Below, in pieces: positions 10,254 to 21,208 of a DNA stretch of 64,000 bases. A program made the position numbers and the translations under genes. The DNA is from Alphaproteobacteria bacterium (GTDB lineage: Bacteria > Pseudomonadota > Alphaproteobacteria > MPNO01 > UBA830). Below the pieces are notes generated by a model, which saw only the letters and a list, made by a program, of their open reading frames with translations, did no database searches and had not been told where the DNA came from. Numbering within the stretch: the first letter of the stretch is position 1; each line of letters opens with the position of its first letter. The stretch lies in the NCBI GenBank assembly GCA_965243135.1, contig OZ251539.1, forward strand, positions 1,824,001 through 1,888,000, written 5' to 3'.

Positions 10254-11920
10254 ACGTGACCGAAAGAGCGCCCTCCGGGCCGACGGCGCATATCGACACC
10301 TTCGCGGCCGACAACCTTCCGCCGAGGGAACGATGGCCCGCGTTCGAGTTCGATTCGCTGCCGACGCTCCGCGCTTATCCCGATCGGATCAACGCCGCCG
10401 TCGAGTTGTTGGACCGCATGTGCGACGCCGGATACGGCCACAGGCCCGTGCTGCACTACGAAGACGTCTCGTGGACCTATCGCGCGCTCCGGGATATTTC
10501 CGACCGCATAGCGCGAGCGCTCGTAGAGGATCAGGGCCTGGTCCCGGGAAACCGCGTCCTGCTGCGTTCCGCGAACAACCCGATGCTGGTCGCCTGCTGG
10601 TGCGCCGTCCTCAAGGCGGGCGGCATTTGCGTGACCACCATGCAGCTTCTGCGGGCGCGAGAGCTCGAATACATCGTGGAAAAGGCGGAAATCAGCCACG
10701 CGTTGTGCGATCTTTCCCTCGCCGAAGCGCTCGAGGAAACCCGCGTCCGCAAGCCGGAGCTTCGGCATGCGCTTTATTTTTCGGCGACGGGCAGCGAGCG
10801 CGCGGCCAGGGACGATTTCACCCTTGACTGCGCCCTTGACGACAAGCCGGCGGGCTTCTCGCCCTGCGACACCGCCGCCGACGATACCGCGCTGATCGCC
10901 TTTACGTCCGGCACCACGGGTCAGCCGAAGGCCACGATGCATTTCCACCGGGACGTTCTCGCCATGTGCGATTGCTTCCCCAGATCGTTCGCCATGTCGG
11001 AGCCGCGCGACGTTTTCATCGGCACGCCGCCGCTGGCGTTCACGTTCGGACTGGGCGGGCTGACGTGCTTTCCGATGCGCTTCGGCGCATCGACCCGTTT
11101 CTTTCCCGAACCGCTCGGCCCCGAAGAAATTCTGCAGGCCGTCGAGCGGCATCGCGTCACCGGCATTTACACGGCGCCGACGATGTACCGCCAACTCGCC
11201 GCGCTGGCCGGGAAGTACGACGTGTCGAGTCTCGAAAAGTGCGTCTCGGCGGGAGAGACGCTCCCGCGAGCGACATGGGAAGCCTTTCACGAAGCGACAG
11301 GCCTGAGGATCGTCGACGGATTGGGCTCGACCGAAATGATTCACATCTTCGTTTCCGCGAGCCGCGAAGACATGCGGCCGGGCTTCACCGGCAAGGCGAT
11401 CCCCGGCTACCGGGCGAAAATCGTCGACGAAGACGGAAGCGAACTCGGCCCCGGCCGGCCCGGGCTGCTCGCGGTGCGGGGGCCGACGGGATGCCGCTAT
11501 CTGTCGGATGACAGGCAATCCGCCTACGTGCGCGAAGGGTGGAACTATCCGGGCGACATCTACGAGGCCGACGAGGAAGGATACTTCCGGTACGTCTCGC
11601 GGGCGGACGACATGATCGTGTCGGCAGGCTACAACATCTCCGGCCCCGAGGTCGAAAACGCTCTGCTCGACCATGGCGCAGTCGCGGAATGCGCGGTCGT
11701 CGCCAAGCCCGATCCGGATCGGACCAATATCGTCAAGGCGTTCGTCGTATTGCGCGAAGGATTTGACGGCGACGAGGCGATGCGAACGAACCTCCAGGAG
11801 TTCGTGAAGGGAGAGATCGCGCCTTACAAGTATCCGCGGGAACTCGAGTTCGTCCGAGAACTGCCGAAAACGGAAACGGGCAAGCTGCAGCGCTTTCGCC
11901 TGCGCGAGGGAGGGAGCTGA
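10250..11920 (+). CDS. abmG: 2-aminobenzoate/benzoate-CoA ligase
   Basis: GTG overlapping upstream TGA; '[14 protein letters not shown]' N-terminus, '[10 protein letters not shown]', 'DGLGSTE', '[11 protein letters not shown]'. Confidence 0.85.
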   Translation: MNVTERAPSGPTAHIDTFAADNLPPRERWPAFEFDSLPTLRAYPDRINAAVELLDRMCDAGYGHRPVLHYEDVSWTYRALRDISDRIARALVEDQGLVPGNRVLLRSANNPMLVACWCAVLKAGGICVTTMQLLRARELEYIVEKAEISHALCDLSLAEALEETRVRKPELRHALYFSATGSERAARDDFTLDCALDDKPAGFSPCDTAADDTALIAFTSGTTGQPKATMHFHRDVLAMCDCFPRSFAMSEPRDVFIGTPPLAFTFGLGGLTCFPMRFGASTRFFPEPLGPEEILQAVERHRVTGIYTAPTMYRQLAALAGKYDVSSLEKCVSAGETLPRATWEAFHEATGLRIVDGLGSTEMIHIFVSASREDMRPGFTGKAIPGYRAKIVDEDGSELGPGRPGLLAVRGPTGCRYLSDDRQSAYVREGWNYPGDIYEADEEGYFRYVSRADDMIVSAGYNISGPEVENALLDHGAVAECAVVAKPDPDRTNIVKAFVVLREGFDGDEAMRTNLQEFVKGEIAPYKYPRELEFVRELPKTETGKLQRFRLREGGS

Positions 11921-11952
11921 CGCTACTCCGCAGGCGGGTTTCGCCGCCCGAA

Positions 11953-12654
11953 TCACTCAGCGACGTCGTAGGCGACCGTATCTCGAGCGTAACCGTCGAA
12001 AAGATCGAGCATGCGCTCGCGCCATCCGAACACCGGATCGTCGGCGCCGAGCAATTTGAACGGGCTGACGATTCGCGCCCATTGAAACTGGGAAAACACC
12101 GCGTAGTCGGCATATCCGGGAGCGTCGCCGCAAACGAAGTTCTGCCCTTTCCGAAACGACGTCCGTATCGGATCGAGCGTCCGGTAAAGCGCCTTGAGAC
12201 GATTTTCGCGCCCCTCCTGAACTTCTTCCAGGGTCCGCTTGTACATCTTTTCCATGGACTCGCGGAAATACGTCCTGTCGTCGGGGTGCGCGGCGTCGAG
12301 AACGTCGCGCGCGATCAGCGGGCCGAGCGCCGCGTTCACCGCCCTGTCGCACCAACTGTTGATCACCCGCGTCAACCCGAGGCCGATGCCGCCTCCGAAA
12401 AGCGACGAAGCACCGGGGTACTTCTCTTCAAGATACAGGGCGATGTCCCAGGAGTCGGCCAGCGCCGCATCGCCGTCGACCATGACCGGCACGCTGGTGG
12501 AATTGGCGAAGGCGATGGATTCCTTGTCCGTCAGCAAAATCGGCCTGGACTCGAAATCCAACCCCTTATGCTTCAGCGCCATTTTCGCGCGCCATGAAAA
12601 CTGGCTGTAGCGGCGTCCGTCCGCGCCGAGCAGTTCGTATAACGTGATGCTCAT
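11953..12654 (-). CDS. Glutathione S-transferase family protein (LigE/beta-etherase-like)
   Basis: 'LYEL...YSQFSWRAKMALKHKGL', 'VPVMVDG...DSWDIALYLE', 'PGYADYAVF'. Confidence 0.8.
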   Translation of the reverse strand: MSITLYELLGADGRRYSQFSWRAKMALKHKGLDFESRPILLTDKESIAFANSTSVPVMVDGDAALADSWDIALYLEEKYPGASSLFGGGIGLGLTRVINSWCDRAVNAALGPLIARDVLDAAHPDDRTYFRESMEKMYKRTLEEVQEGRENRLKALYRTLDPIRTSFRKGQNFVCGDAPGYADYAVFSQFQWARIVSPFKLLGADDPVFGWRERMLDLFDGYARDTVAYDVAE

Positions 12655-12740
12655 GCTGAAACCTCGTTGCGACGGCGGGAACGGTTAAATCCGCTGTCCC
12701 GCCCGGTCAAGGCCTGCCGCTGTTTCCCGAACGGAGCGCC

Positions 12741-15155
12741 TTACTCCGTCGGCTCGTCGCGCTGGCCGGCCGCCGCGCCGATGGCGGCGGTTTTCATCTC
12801 CCAGTCCGTGCCCCGCGTCTGGAGCATGGCCGGAATCGCCTCCACGGAATGCGGACGCGTCTGCTTTCGCAACTCTTCGACCTGTTGCCTTTCGCGTTCG
12901 AATTCGCGAAACGCCGCGAACTTCCCGGCCTGGTACTGATCCGGCCAGAGAAATTTCTCGACGCCGTAGTGCGCCGCGGCCTGTCTGGTGAAATACGGGT
13001 TGTATAAATGGGTGCGCGCCAACGCCACCAGGTCGGATCGTCCGGCGGCCACGATCGTGTTGACCTGATCCCAGGTGAATATGTTGCCGGCGACGATCGT
13101 AGGTATCTCCGCCTCGATCCGGATCTGCTCGGAGAAAGGCGCCTGAAACATGCGCCCGTAAACCGGCTTCTCGCTCGCGTCCGTCTGCCCGGTCGACACG
13201 TTGATCAGATCGCAACCTCGCTCCCTGAACGCTCGGGCGATGACCACCGCATCCCGGGCCGTGGTGCCCCCTTCGATCCAGTCGGTGGCCGAGATGCGCA
13301 CGGACATGGGCCGATCCTCGGGCCAGACCGCGCGGCACGCTTCGAAGACCTCGAGCGGATAGCGCAAGCGATTCGCCGGAGAGCCGCCGTATTCGTCGAC
13401 CCGCCGATTCGTCCAGGGCGACAGAAAGGAAGCCAGAAGATAGCCGTGCGCGCAGTGCAGTTCGAGATGATCGAAATCCGCGTCGCGCGCCCTTTCCGCC
13501 GCGGCGGAAAACTCGGCCGTGACCCTGTCCATGTCCTCGCGAGTCATTTCGCGGGGAACCTGGGACGTCTCGAAATAGGGAAGCGGCGACGCGGAGATCA
13601 GCTCCCAGTTTCCGCCGTCGAGCGGCTGGTCGATTCCCTCCCAGGCCAGCTTCGTCGACCCCTTGCGGCCCGCATGCCCGATCTGCATCGCCGCCTTCGC
13701 GTCGGTATGCGCATGGATGAAGTCGACGATCCGCCTCCACTCCGCCTCCTGCGCCTCGTTCCAGATGCCGGCGCATCCGGGAGTGATTCGCGCGTCGGGA
13801 CCGGTGCACGCCATCTCGGTAAAGACCAGCCCGGCGCCGCCCATCGCCCGGCTCGTCAGGTGAACGTAGTGCCATTCGTCCGGCATGCCGCCGATCGAGC
13901 TGTACTGGCACATGGGCGAAACCGCCACCCGGTTGGCAAGCCGCATTCCGCGCAGTTCCATGGGCGCGAACATCGGCGGCAGAGGCGTTTCCGCAAGCGC
14001 GGGCGCGTCGTAGCGGTCCGCGGCATCGGCGGAGAACCAGGCGTCGACCTCCTCGACGAAGGCGGGATCCCGCAAGCGCAAATTGTCGTAGGTGATGGCT
14101 TTCGAGCGCGACAGCAGGCTGAACGAGAACTGCACGGGATCCATCTTCCAGTAGCGCTCGACGTGCTCGAACCATGACAGCGACACGTCTGCGGCATGTT
14201 GAAGCCGTTCGACCTCGTCGCGGCGCGTTTCGTCGTAGGCCTCCAGGACTTTCGCGACCGGGTCCGGCGAACGGAAGCATTCGAACAGCGAAATCGCGTC
14301 CTCCATCGCAAGCTTCGTGCCGGAGCCGATGGAGAAATGCGCCGTATGGGCGCAGTCGCCCAGCAGAACGAGGTTGCCCATGGTCCACGTCGCGCAGCGA
14401 ATCATCGGAAAATTGCGCCAGATCGAACGGTTGCCGACGATCGGGTGGCCTTCGAGCAGATCTTCGTAGAGCGCGGAGACGTAGGCGACCGTGTCGGCTT
14501 CCGAGGCGTTCTCCAGACCGGCCTTCTTCAAAGCGTCTTCCGTCGTCTCCACGATCCACGTGCTCATTTCGGCGTCGTACTGGTAGGCGTGCAGGTTCCA
14601 GATCCCGGCGTCGTTCTCGCGGAAATCGAAGGTGAAGGCGTCGAGCGGCCTCGTCGCCCCGAGCCATACGAATTTGTTCGGCCGCCAGTCGAATTGCGGA
14701 CGGAAGTGATCGGCATGCCGGTCTCGAATCCACGAGTTGATGCCGTTGGCGGCGACCACCAGGTCGGCGTCGGGCGCGATCTGGTCGAGGGACGCGATTT
14801 CGCGCTGGAATTCGAGCTCCACCCCGAGCTCGCGGCAGCGCTCCTGAAGGAGGAGAAGCATGCTCTTGCGCGACATGCCGCAGAATCCGTGCCCGCCCGA
14901 CACGATCTTGCGGCCCTTGCAATAGGTGTGAATGTCGTCCCAATACGCGAAGCCTTCGCGGATGCGGTCGTAGGAGATCTGGTCGTAGTCCCGGAAATGC
15001 CCGAGGGTCTCCGCCGAGAACACGACCCCGAACCCGAAGGTGTCGTCCGGACGGTTCTGCTCGTAGATCCGGATTTCATGGTTCGGATCGGCCTTCTTCA
15101 TCAACAGGGCGAAGTAGAGGCCGGCCGGTCCGCCCCCGACAATCTCGATTTTCAT
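12741..15155 (-). CDS. abmA: 2-aminobenzoyl-CoA monooxygenase/reductase (bifunctional salicylyl-CoA 5-hydroxylase/oxidoreductase)
   Basis: N-terminal FAD monooxygenase ([33 protein letters not shown]) fused to an Old Yellow Enzyme domain ([15 protein letters not shown]). Confidence 0.92.
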   Translation of the reverse strand: MKIEIVGGGPAGLYFALLMKKADPNHEIRIYEQNRPDDTFGFGVVFSAETLGHFRDYDQISYDRIREGFAYWDDIHTYCKGRKIVSGGHGFCGMSRKSMLLLLQERCRELGVELEFQREIASLDQIAPDADLVVAANGINSWIRDRHADHFRPQFDWRPNKFVWLGATRPLDAFTFDFRENDAGIWNLHAYQYDAEMSTWIVETTEDALKKAGLENASEADTVAYVSALYEDLLEGHPIVGNRSIWRNFPMIRCATWTMGNLVLLGDCAHTAHFSIGSGTKLAMEDAISLFECFRSPDPVAKVLEAYDETRRDEVERLQHAADVSLSWFEHVERYWKMDPVQFSFSLLSRSKAITYDNLRLRDPAFVEEVDAWFSADAADRYDAPALAETPLPPMFAPMELRGMRLANRVAVSPMCQYSSIGGMPDEWHYVHLTSRAMGGAGLVFTEMACTGPDARITPGCAGIWNEAQEAEWRRIVDFIHAHTDAKAAMQIGHAGRKGSTKLAWEGIDQPLDGGNWELISASPLPYFETSQVPREMTREDMDRVTAEFSAAAERARDADFDHLELHCAHGYLLASFLSPWTNRRVDEYGGSPANRLRYPLEVFEACRAVWPEDRPMSVRISATDWIEGGTTARDAVVIARAFRERGCDLINVSTGQTDASEKPVYGRMFQAPFSEQIRIEAEIPTIVAGNIFTWDQVNTIVAAGRSDLVALARTHLYNPYFTRQAAAHYGVEKFLWPDQYQAGKFAAFREFERERQQVEELRKQTRPHSVEAIPAMLQTRGTDWEMKTAAIGAAAGQRDEPTE

Positions 15156-15305
15156 CCGCTCTCGCCTTTCCATGATAGGTCGTCGAACCGTACATAGACC
15201 ATTCTGGGTTCCCGAACGCCTGGTTCAAGCGAAACGCCCGCGTCCGCCTTCCGCAGCCCGGTCCCCGGTGTCGCAAACAGAATACGGATTTCATAAACTG
15301 CCGCC

Positions 15306-16397
15306 ATGACCCAACCGGACGCCGATGTCGCGGGGATTTTTCCGTCGCAGACGCTCAGATCGCTGATCGCCCGAGGCGTCATCGTCGGCAATCCCCCCGA
15401 GGAACTCATCCAGCCGGCGAGCCTCGACCTGAGGCTCGGCCCATTCGCCTGGCGCGTCAACGCCAGTTTCCTTCCCGGCCCCGACGTCGCCGTCGACGTC
15501 AAGGTTCGGAATTTCGAGATGCACCGGATCGACCTGACCGGCGGCGCGGTGCTCGAAAAGGGCTGCGTCTACGTCGCGCCTCTGCTTGAAAGCCTTCGGC
15601 TGCCGAACGGCATATCCGCGTTCGCGAACCCGAAGAGCTCCACCGGCCGCCTCGACGTGCTGACGCGGGTGATCTCCGATCGCGGTGCGCATTTCGATTT
15701 GATTCCCGCCGGCTACGAGGGGCCGCTCTATGCGGAAATCTCCCCGAGGACCTTTTCGGTGCTGGCGCGCACCGGCTCCCGCCTGACGCAGCTGCGGCTG
15801 CGCCGCGAAGGCGAAAGCGGCGGCCCGGCGAGGGAGTCTCGCCCTACCCTGCCCGATCTGCCGGGAATGCCGCAGGACGGAAATCTCGGCCTGCGGGTCG
15901 ACCTCGCCGGAGCGGGCAACGTGGTCGGCTGGCGCGCCCGCCGGCACGCCGGCGTCGTCGATATCGATCGGCGGGGCGCTTACGATCCCGCGGATTTCTG
16001 GGAACCCGTGACGGTCCGCAGAGGCGGGCTGGTCCTGAATCCCGACGATTTCCACATCCTGGCGACGCGCGAGGCCGTGGTCGTGCCGCCGGAATTCGCG
16101 GCGGAAATGGTCGCCTACGATACGTTGCTCGGCGAATTCCGGGTGCACTACGCCGGCTTCTTCGATCCCGGTTTCGGATGGAACCGCGACGGAAGCGGCG
16201 ACGGCTCCCGCGGCGTGCTGGAGGTGCGCTCGCACGACGTCCCGTTCCTGCTGGAACACGGCCAGTTGATCGGCCGGTTGAGGTACGAACGGATGGCGGC
16301 GCGGCCGGACAGCGTATACGGGCGCGGTATCGGCTCGCATTACCAGGGACAGGCGCTGAAGCTCGCCAAACAGTTCGCCGAACCCGAGGCCGGGTGA
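15306..16397 (+). CDS. dcd: 2'-deoxycytidine 5'-triphosphate deaminase (long alphaproteobacterial type)
   Basis: 'IQPASLDLRLG', 'ANPKSSTGRLD', 'HYAGFFDPGFG', 'YQGQALKLAK'. Confidence 0.88.
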   Translation: MTQPDADVAGIFPSQTLRSLIARGVIVGNPPEELIQPASLDLRLGPFAWRVNASFLPGPDVAVDVKVRNFEMHRIDLTGGAVLEKGCVYVAPLLESLRLPNGISAFANPKSSTGRLDVLTRVISDRGAHFDLIPAGYEGPLYAEISPRTFSVLARTGSRLTQLRLRREGESGGPARESRPTLPDLPGMPQDGNLGLRVDLAGAGNVVGWRARRHAGVVDIDRRGAYDPADFWEPVTVRRGGLVLNPDDFHILATREAVVVPPEFAAEMVAYDTLLGEFRVHYAGFFDPGFGWNRDGSGDGSRGVLEVRSHDVPFLLEHGQLIGRLRYERMAARPDSVYGRGIGSHYQGQALKLAKQFAEPEAG

Positions 16398-16412
16398 CGG
16401 CCGGGCACGCCC

Positions 16413-17333
16413 TTAGCGAGCGTCCGCTACGTGCAAGATCGTCCGAATCAGCGTCTCGGGATTCGCGGAGCCCTTCCCGGCAATGTCGAGCGCGCTTCCG
16501 TGGGCGACGGACGAAAACAGAATCGGCGCGCCGATAGCGAAGGCGGCGGCGCCTCCGGCCAGTTTCGCCGGTATATGGCCCTGATCGTGAAGCATCACGA
16601 GATAGGCGTCGTAACTGTCGTCGAGGTACATCGTGTCGGCGCCGAACGGTCCGCGGGCATCGATTCCGCCGCGCCGGGCTTCCTCGACCGCCGGCGACAC
16701 GATTTCGATTTCCTCTCTCCCGAACAGGCCGCCCTCTCCCGCATGAGGATTGACTCCCGAGACCGCGATGCGCGGCGACGTCGCTCCGATCCGCCCGAGC
16801 GCGAACGCCGTCGCCCGAAGGGCGCGGAGGATGCGCGGCCCGTCGATCATCTCCAGCGCGGCGCGTACGCCCACATGCAGCGTGACGTGAGCGATTCGCA
16901 GCCGGTCGAAGACCAGCATCAGGAAAACGTCGTCGGGATCGGTGCCTGTTTCTCGCGCAAGGAAGGACGGGTAGCCGTCGAACGCGATCCCGGCCGCGGC
17001 GATCGAGGACTGGGTATGCGGACAGGCGACGACCGCAGCGGCCTCTCCCGCTTCCGCCATCCCGATCGCCCGCGCGGCATACGCCAGAGCGGCGCGGCCG
17101 CACGCGGGGGCGCTCGCGCCCGGCTCCGCCGCGTCCAGGAAACCGACGTCGACCGGATTTCCGGGAAGGGGCAATCCGAGTCGCGACGCGTACACGGACA
17201 GGATTGCGGCGTCTCCGACCAGCACCGGATCGCATGCTCGCCGCACGCGGTCGTCGGCCGCGGCCTTCAGAGCGATTTCCGGACCGATTCCGGCCGGGTC
17301 CCCGACAGGCACGGCGATTCGCGGCTTCGTCAC
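16413..17333 (-). CDS. PdxA-family dehydrogenase, TphB-like (cis-dihydrodiol dehydrogenase)
   Basis: GDPAGIGPE, NPHAGE, HDQGH; 'ACPH..GYPS.LA..VFLMLV' and 'SSVAHGSALDIAG' resemble TphB more than canonical PdxA (RTSPDHGTA); lies directly after dioxygenase alpha/beta genes. Confidence 0.8.
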   Translation of the reverse strand: MTKPRIAVPVGDPAGIGPEIALKAAADDRVRRACDPVLVGDAAILSVYASRLGLPLPGNPVDVGFLDAAEPGASAPACGRAALAYAARAIGMAEAGEAAAVVACPHTQSSIAAAGIAFDGYPSFLARETGTDPDDVFLMLVFDRLRIAHVTLHVGVRAALEMIDGPRILRALRATAFALGRIGATSPRIAVSGVNPHAGEGGLFGREEIEIVSPAVEEARRGGIDARGPFGADTMYLDDSYDAYLVMLHDQGHIPAKLAGGAAAFAIGAPILFSSVAHGSALDIAGKGSANPETLIRTILHVADAR

Positions 17334-17379
17334 GCCGCGCGAATCCCGACGAACGCGACTCGCGCGCGGGCGACGGCCA

Positions 17380-17865
17380 TCAGATCGGGATGACGACGAG
17401 CGTATCTATCCGAGTGGAATCGGTGACCACGACGCGGGAACGGAATCGCGGCCGGCCGTCCTCGAAAACGATCTCGTCGACGTACTTGCCGGAACTGAAC
17501 ACGGAAACGTCCCCCTCCTGCATGGTGCGGATCACCGCATAGGATGTCTCGACGCGCCAGGCGCCGCCGCTGCGGTCCCGGACGCGCGGCGCCGACAGCA
17601 GATGGCGATAGAAGTGAGGTTCGTAGACGTTCGCTTCCCGAAGCGCCTTGACGCGATCCTGCAGCATGCCCCGGCTGCGGCATTCGATCACGCCGACGGG
17701 GCGTCCCAGCGCGTAGTTTTCGCGATTGACGATCCGGTAGACGCAGGGATCGGTGAAGCGCTCCGGCCATTCCTCAAGGCGGTCGTCGTCGATCGCGTGG
17801 GCGCAGTCCGCGATGAAGTCCTCGATCTCGCGCCGGACGCCGGCCTCGGGGACCTCCGCCGTCAT
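17380..17865 (-). CDS. Ring-hydroxylating dioxygenase beta subunit (TphA3/NagH-like)
   Basis: 'AIDDDRLEEWP..F', 'MLQDRV', C-terminal 'IDTLVVIPI'; ATG overlaps alpha stop. Confidence 0.9.
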   Translation of the reverse strand: MTAEVPEAGVRREIEDFIADCAHAIDDDRLEEWPERFTDPCVYRIVNRENYALGRPVGVIECRSRGMLQDRVKALREANVYEPHFYRHLLSAPRVRDRSGGAWRVETSYAVIRTMQEGDVSVFSSGKYVDEIVFEDGRPRFRSRVVVTDSTRIDTLVVIPI

Positions 17866-19103
17866 ACGCCCATCACGTCGCGGTATCCCTGCCAGAAGCC
17901 TCGAATCGACACCTCGGTGGCGCGCCCCTCCTCGCTCGGCGCGACGTCGCGGCCGCCCATTTCCAGAATCGTCGTCATGTCGGGATCGCGCTTCGATCCG
18001 CGCTGCACCCATCCGCCGACCACGCCGTCCTCCATGGAAATCAGCCCCCCGGGGCCGACGAGATTGGACTGCCGCACGCGGGCGTCGCGCTGCGCGTCCG
18101 AATCGTCGGCGCAACCAAGCACCCACCACAGAAGTTCGCATTCCTCGGGGCCTCGGGGCAGGCACAGCCGCAGCGCTATCGAATTGTATATCTGCTGCAG
18201 AACGAAGTTCGGATAGACGGACTGGATCGCCAGCGTCGTTCCGCAGTCGAACTCGCGCCAGCCCTCGACCAGTCCCGGATCCGCGAGAAGGTATCCGTCC
18301 TTGACGGACAGCAGTCGCTTCGAGTCGTACTGCCGCTCTTCCCGGTCGGTTTCCGCCACGGAATAGCTGATGTGATGCCAGCCGCGCTCGGAAAGCTTGA
18401 TGCCGCCCTTCATCGAAAGGCGGTTCATCCGAAACGTCGCCTGGAACATGTGCAGGATGCTGGCGTGATAGGAGTCGCGCACGTTCTCCATATACAGTTT
18501 CCAGTTGTTGGGCATGTACTGGCTGTAGGTGCCGAGCGGAACCATGTCCCGGCCGAGAAGCCGCTCCATGTTCTCCAGCATTTCCGGGCCGAGATAGTCG
18601 GCGAGGGACGGCGCGTCCTCCGCGAAGGTCGCGAAAACCAGGCCAAGAACGCATTCCGCGCGCAAGCGCTGCAGACCGTGTTCGGCGACGTCGAAATCGT
18701 CCGGCATGCCGCCCTTGTTGCCGATGCCGCGGCCGAAAGCGACGCTCTCGAGATTGCCGTCGAGATCGTAGCGCCAGTTGTGATAGACGCAGGTCAAATG
18801 CTTCGCGCTGCCGGACTTCGCGATGCAGACGAGATTCCCTCGATGCGAGCAACGGTTGACGAGAACCCGGATGTCGCCGTCCGGGTTGCGCAGGACGATG
18901 ACCGGCGTGTCGCCGACATAGGCGGTGCGATAATCGCCGGGAGCGGGGATCTCCCGGGCCATGCCGACGAAGTTCCAGACAGGTCCGCGAAAGAGGCGCC
19001 GCTGTTCCTCCTCGTAGACGTCCGGGTCGGTGTAGATGCCGTAGGGAACGCGGCTGACGCCGTCGCCGGGCCACCGCAACGCCCCTGTATCGCCTGCCTT
19101 CAT
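17862..19103 (-). CDS. Rieske dioxygenase alpha subunit, terephthalate 1,2-dioxygenase (TphA2)-like
   Basis: Rieske CSHRG...CVYH; mononuclear Fe site ENVRDSYHASILH and SMEDG; 'NNWKLY', 'NSIALR', 'EGRATE'. Confidence 0.88.
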   Translation of the reverse strand: MKAGDTGALRWPGDGVSRVPYGIYTDPDVYEEEQRRLFRGPVWNFVGMAREIPAPGDYRTAYVGDTPVIVLRNPDGDIRVLVNRCSHRGNLVCIAKSGSAKHLTCVYHNWRYDLDGNLESVAFGRGIGNKGGMPDDFDVAEHGLQRLRAECVLGLVFATFAEDAPSLADYLGPEMLENMERLLGRDMVPLGTYSQYMPNNWKLYMENVRDSYHASILHMFQATFRMNRLSMKGGIKLSERGWHHISYSVAETDREERQYDSKRLLSVKDGYLLADPGLVEGWREFDCGTTLAIQSVYPNFVLQQIYNSIALRLCLPRGPEECELLWWVLGCADDSDAQRDARVRQSNLVGPGGLISMEDGVVGGWVQRGSKRDPDMTTILEMGGRDVAPSEEGRATEVSIRGFWQGYRDVMGV

Positions 19104-19153
19104 GCGCGTAATATACCCTCCCGAGGATACGACGTCAGCCGCGGAGACGGACC

Positions 19154-19537
19154 ATGACACGCCGCAAGAGCATAGATATCGAAGGTTTCCGGCACGCCAA
19201 TCCGATCCCGAACGCTTCGCGGGTCGGCAACCTGTTGATGACCGGCCTCATTGTCGGCCGGGACTCGGCGGCGGACGCCATGCCGGATACGCTGGAAGAT
19301 CAATGCGCGCTGATGTTCCGGCACGTTCGGAGCATCGTCGAGACCGCCGGCGGCACCACCGACGACATCGTCAAAATGAACGTCTGGCTCCGGGATCCCG
19401 GAAACCGCGAAGCGCTGAACGCGGAATGGACGCGCATGTTTCCCGACCCTGAATCCCGGCCCGCGCGCCATACCAATCCGGAAGTCCATGAGCGCCCCTG
19501 GCTCGTCAGCTGCGATTTCGTCGCCGTCCTGCCCTGA
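19154..19537 (+). CDS. RidA family protein
   Basis: 'NPIPNASRVGN', 'DDIVKMNVW', 'FPDPESRPARH'. Confidence 0.82.
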   Translation: MTRRKSIDIEGFRHANPIPNASRVGNLLMTGLIVGRDSAADAMPDTLEDQCALMFRHVRSIVETAGGTTDDIVKMNVWLRDPGNREALNAEWTRMFPDPESRPARHTNPEVHERPWLVSCDFVAVLP

Positions 19538-19545
19538 CGGGCGCC

Positions 19546-20718
19546 TCAGAACAGCTCGACCGTCGCGCCGGAAGCGTCCCTGCCCTGCGCACGGTAGTGG
19601 CCAAGCTTCTCGACGACCGGAGCGTCGGTGTAACTGTAGAGAATGGCGTCGCCGCCGCCCGTGTTGACCAGGCGCCGCCAACGGTGGCTCGGCACGACGA
19701 AGAAATCGTTCCGGTTCCACTCGTAGCGTTCGCCGTCGATCTCCGCGTATCCCGAACCTTCTAGCGCGAAGTACACGGTCGATGCCGTATGGCGCTTTTC
19801 CAGAGTCTTCTCGCCCGGCCTCAGCATCTGCGCCCGATAGCTCAGCGTCGAAAAGACGGGTTCGCCGTCCATCGGGTTGACGCATTCGACGATGATGCCC
19901 TCGTGCGCGTCGCCGTCGTGGTGCCGCAGGTCGCGGAGCGCATCCCGGATATCGGCGTTCCTGTAAAGGAACATGGGCGTCACCTTCCGTCCCTCGCCCC
20001 GGCGGTGGGCTTCGAACATCGGCCGGATGCCGCCGCGACCGTAGAACTTGGCCGAAAAGTCGGCCTCCGGCCTGCGGTTGCCGCCGACCGCATCGTCGTC
20101 GTTGCGCGCCCAGGCGAGTCCGAGGAAGTCCGCGAGCGGCCAGTCCAGCGTGTCCGCCCAGATCACGGGAGATTCGTCGTCGTTCCCGTGGCCGTGCCAC
20201 GTGCCGTTCGGCGTGAAGACGAGATCGCCGCGTCTGGGAAAAATCTTCTCGCCTTCGACCATCGTATAGCCGCCCGAATCGGAGATGATCGTGCGGCTCG
20301 CGTTGGGCGTGTGCATGTGCGATTCCGCCACGTCGCCTTTCTTGTAGATCGAGATCGCGATGCGCATGGTGTTCGTGACCTTGACGCCCTTGGTTCCGAA
20401 CGCGGGGTTGGTCAACAGCACCGACTGGCGTTCCGTCAGTTCCAAGGGGCATAATTCGACGAGCTGAAACAGATATTTCTCGATGTCCGGCCATTTCCAC
20501 ACATGGGGCTCGGCTGCCGGGTATTCCACCCCCAGCGTATAGGGTCCCGGAGCGGGGCGCCGGGACGCGCCGAGATGCCAGGGGGTCTGGTTGGGCAAGT
20601 TCCAGCGCGTCCGGATCCAGAGGCCGCGCTCCGCAGCCTCCGCGTTGAGCTCTTCGAGCTCGTTGATGATCAGCTCGAGCTCCGTTTCGCGCTCGGATCG
20701 AATCGCCGTCGTGGCCAT
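19546..20718 (-). CDS. Bicupin ring-cleavage dioxygenase (gentisate 1,2-dioxygenase-like)
   Basis: 'SHMHTPNA', 'TPNGTWHGHGN', 'LDWPL', second cupin 'RHTASTVY'; RBS GAGG upstream of ATG 20718. Confidence 0.82.
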   Translation of the reverse strand: MATTAIRSERETELELIINELEELNAEAAERGLWIRTRWNLPNQTPWHLGASRRPAPGPYTLGVEYPAAEPHVWKWPDIEKYLFQLVELCPLELTERQSVLLTNPAFGTKGVKVTNTMRIAISIYKKGDVAESHMHTPNASRTIISDSGGYTMVEGEKIFPRRGDLVFTPNGTWHGHGNDDESPVIWADTLDWPLADFLGLAWARNDDDAVGGNRRPEADFSAKFYGRGGIRPMFEAHRRGEGRKVTPMFLYRNADIRDALRDLRHHDGDAHEGIIVECVNPMDGEPVFSTLSYRAQMLRPGEKTLEKRHTASTVYFALEGSGYAEIDGERYEWNRNDFFVVPSHRWRRLVNTGGGDAILYSYTDAPVVEKLGHYRAQGRDASGATVELF

Positions 20719-20868
20719 GATTTCACCCTCCGGATCCTGTGCGGGAATTCTACCACACGGCGCCGGATTCCCAACGCGCCGCAACGCCGCTTGAGGATTC
20801 ATGGATCTCCGGGGTAGACTCCGCCGCCCGTTGCGGCCAAATCCCTTCACGAAACAGCGGAATCGATC

Positions 20869-21192
20869 ATGAGCGAAGTCACCTTTCACAAAGTCGCCAC
20901 CACCTCGGACCTCGACGAAGACGAGGCGATGCAGGTTGTCGTCGAGGGCAAGGAGCTCGCTCTCATCAATCTCGGCGGCGAATTGTTCGCTCTGGACGAC
21001 ATCTGTACCCATGCCTACGCGTCCATGTCGGACGGATACATCGAGGGCAACTGCATCGAATGCCCGCTCCACGGAGCGCAATTCGACGTCAGGACCGGCA
21101 AGGCGGAAACTCCGCCCGCCACGGAGGACCTCGTCAGCTACCAGGTAAAGGTTGAAGACGGGGACGTTTTCATCGGACTGCCGGACGCCTGA
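20869..21192 (+). CDS. Rieske [2Fe-2S] ferredoxin
   Basis: CTH...CPLHG motif. Confidence 0.93.
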   Translation: MSEVTFHKVATTSDLDEDEAMQVVVEGKELALINLGGELFALDDICTHAYASMSDGYIEGNCIECPLHGAQFDVRTGKAETPPATEDLVSYQVKVEDGDVFIGLPDA

Positions 21193-21208
21193 GCGGCCGG
21201 ACCGCCGC

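Noticed and set aside
16413-17333. Housekeeping pdxA (vitamin B6 synthesis)
   Set aside because: Lacks the canonical RTSPDHGTA motif and the surA/ksgA context; lies in a dioxygenase operon.
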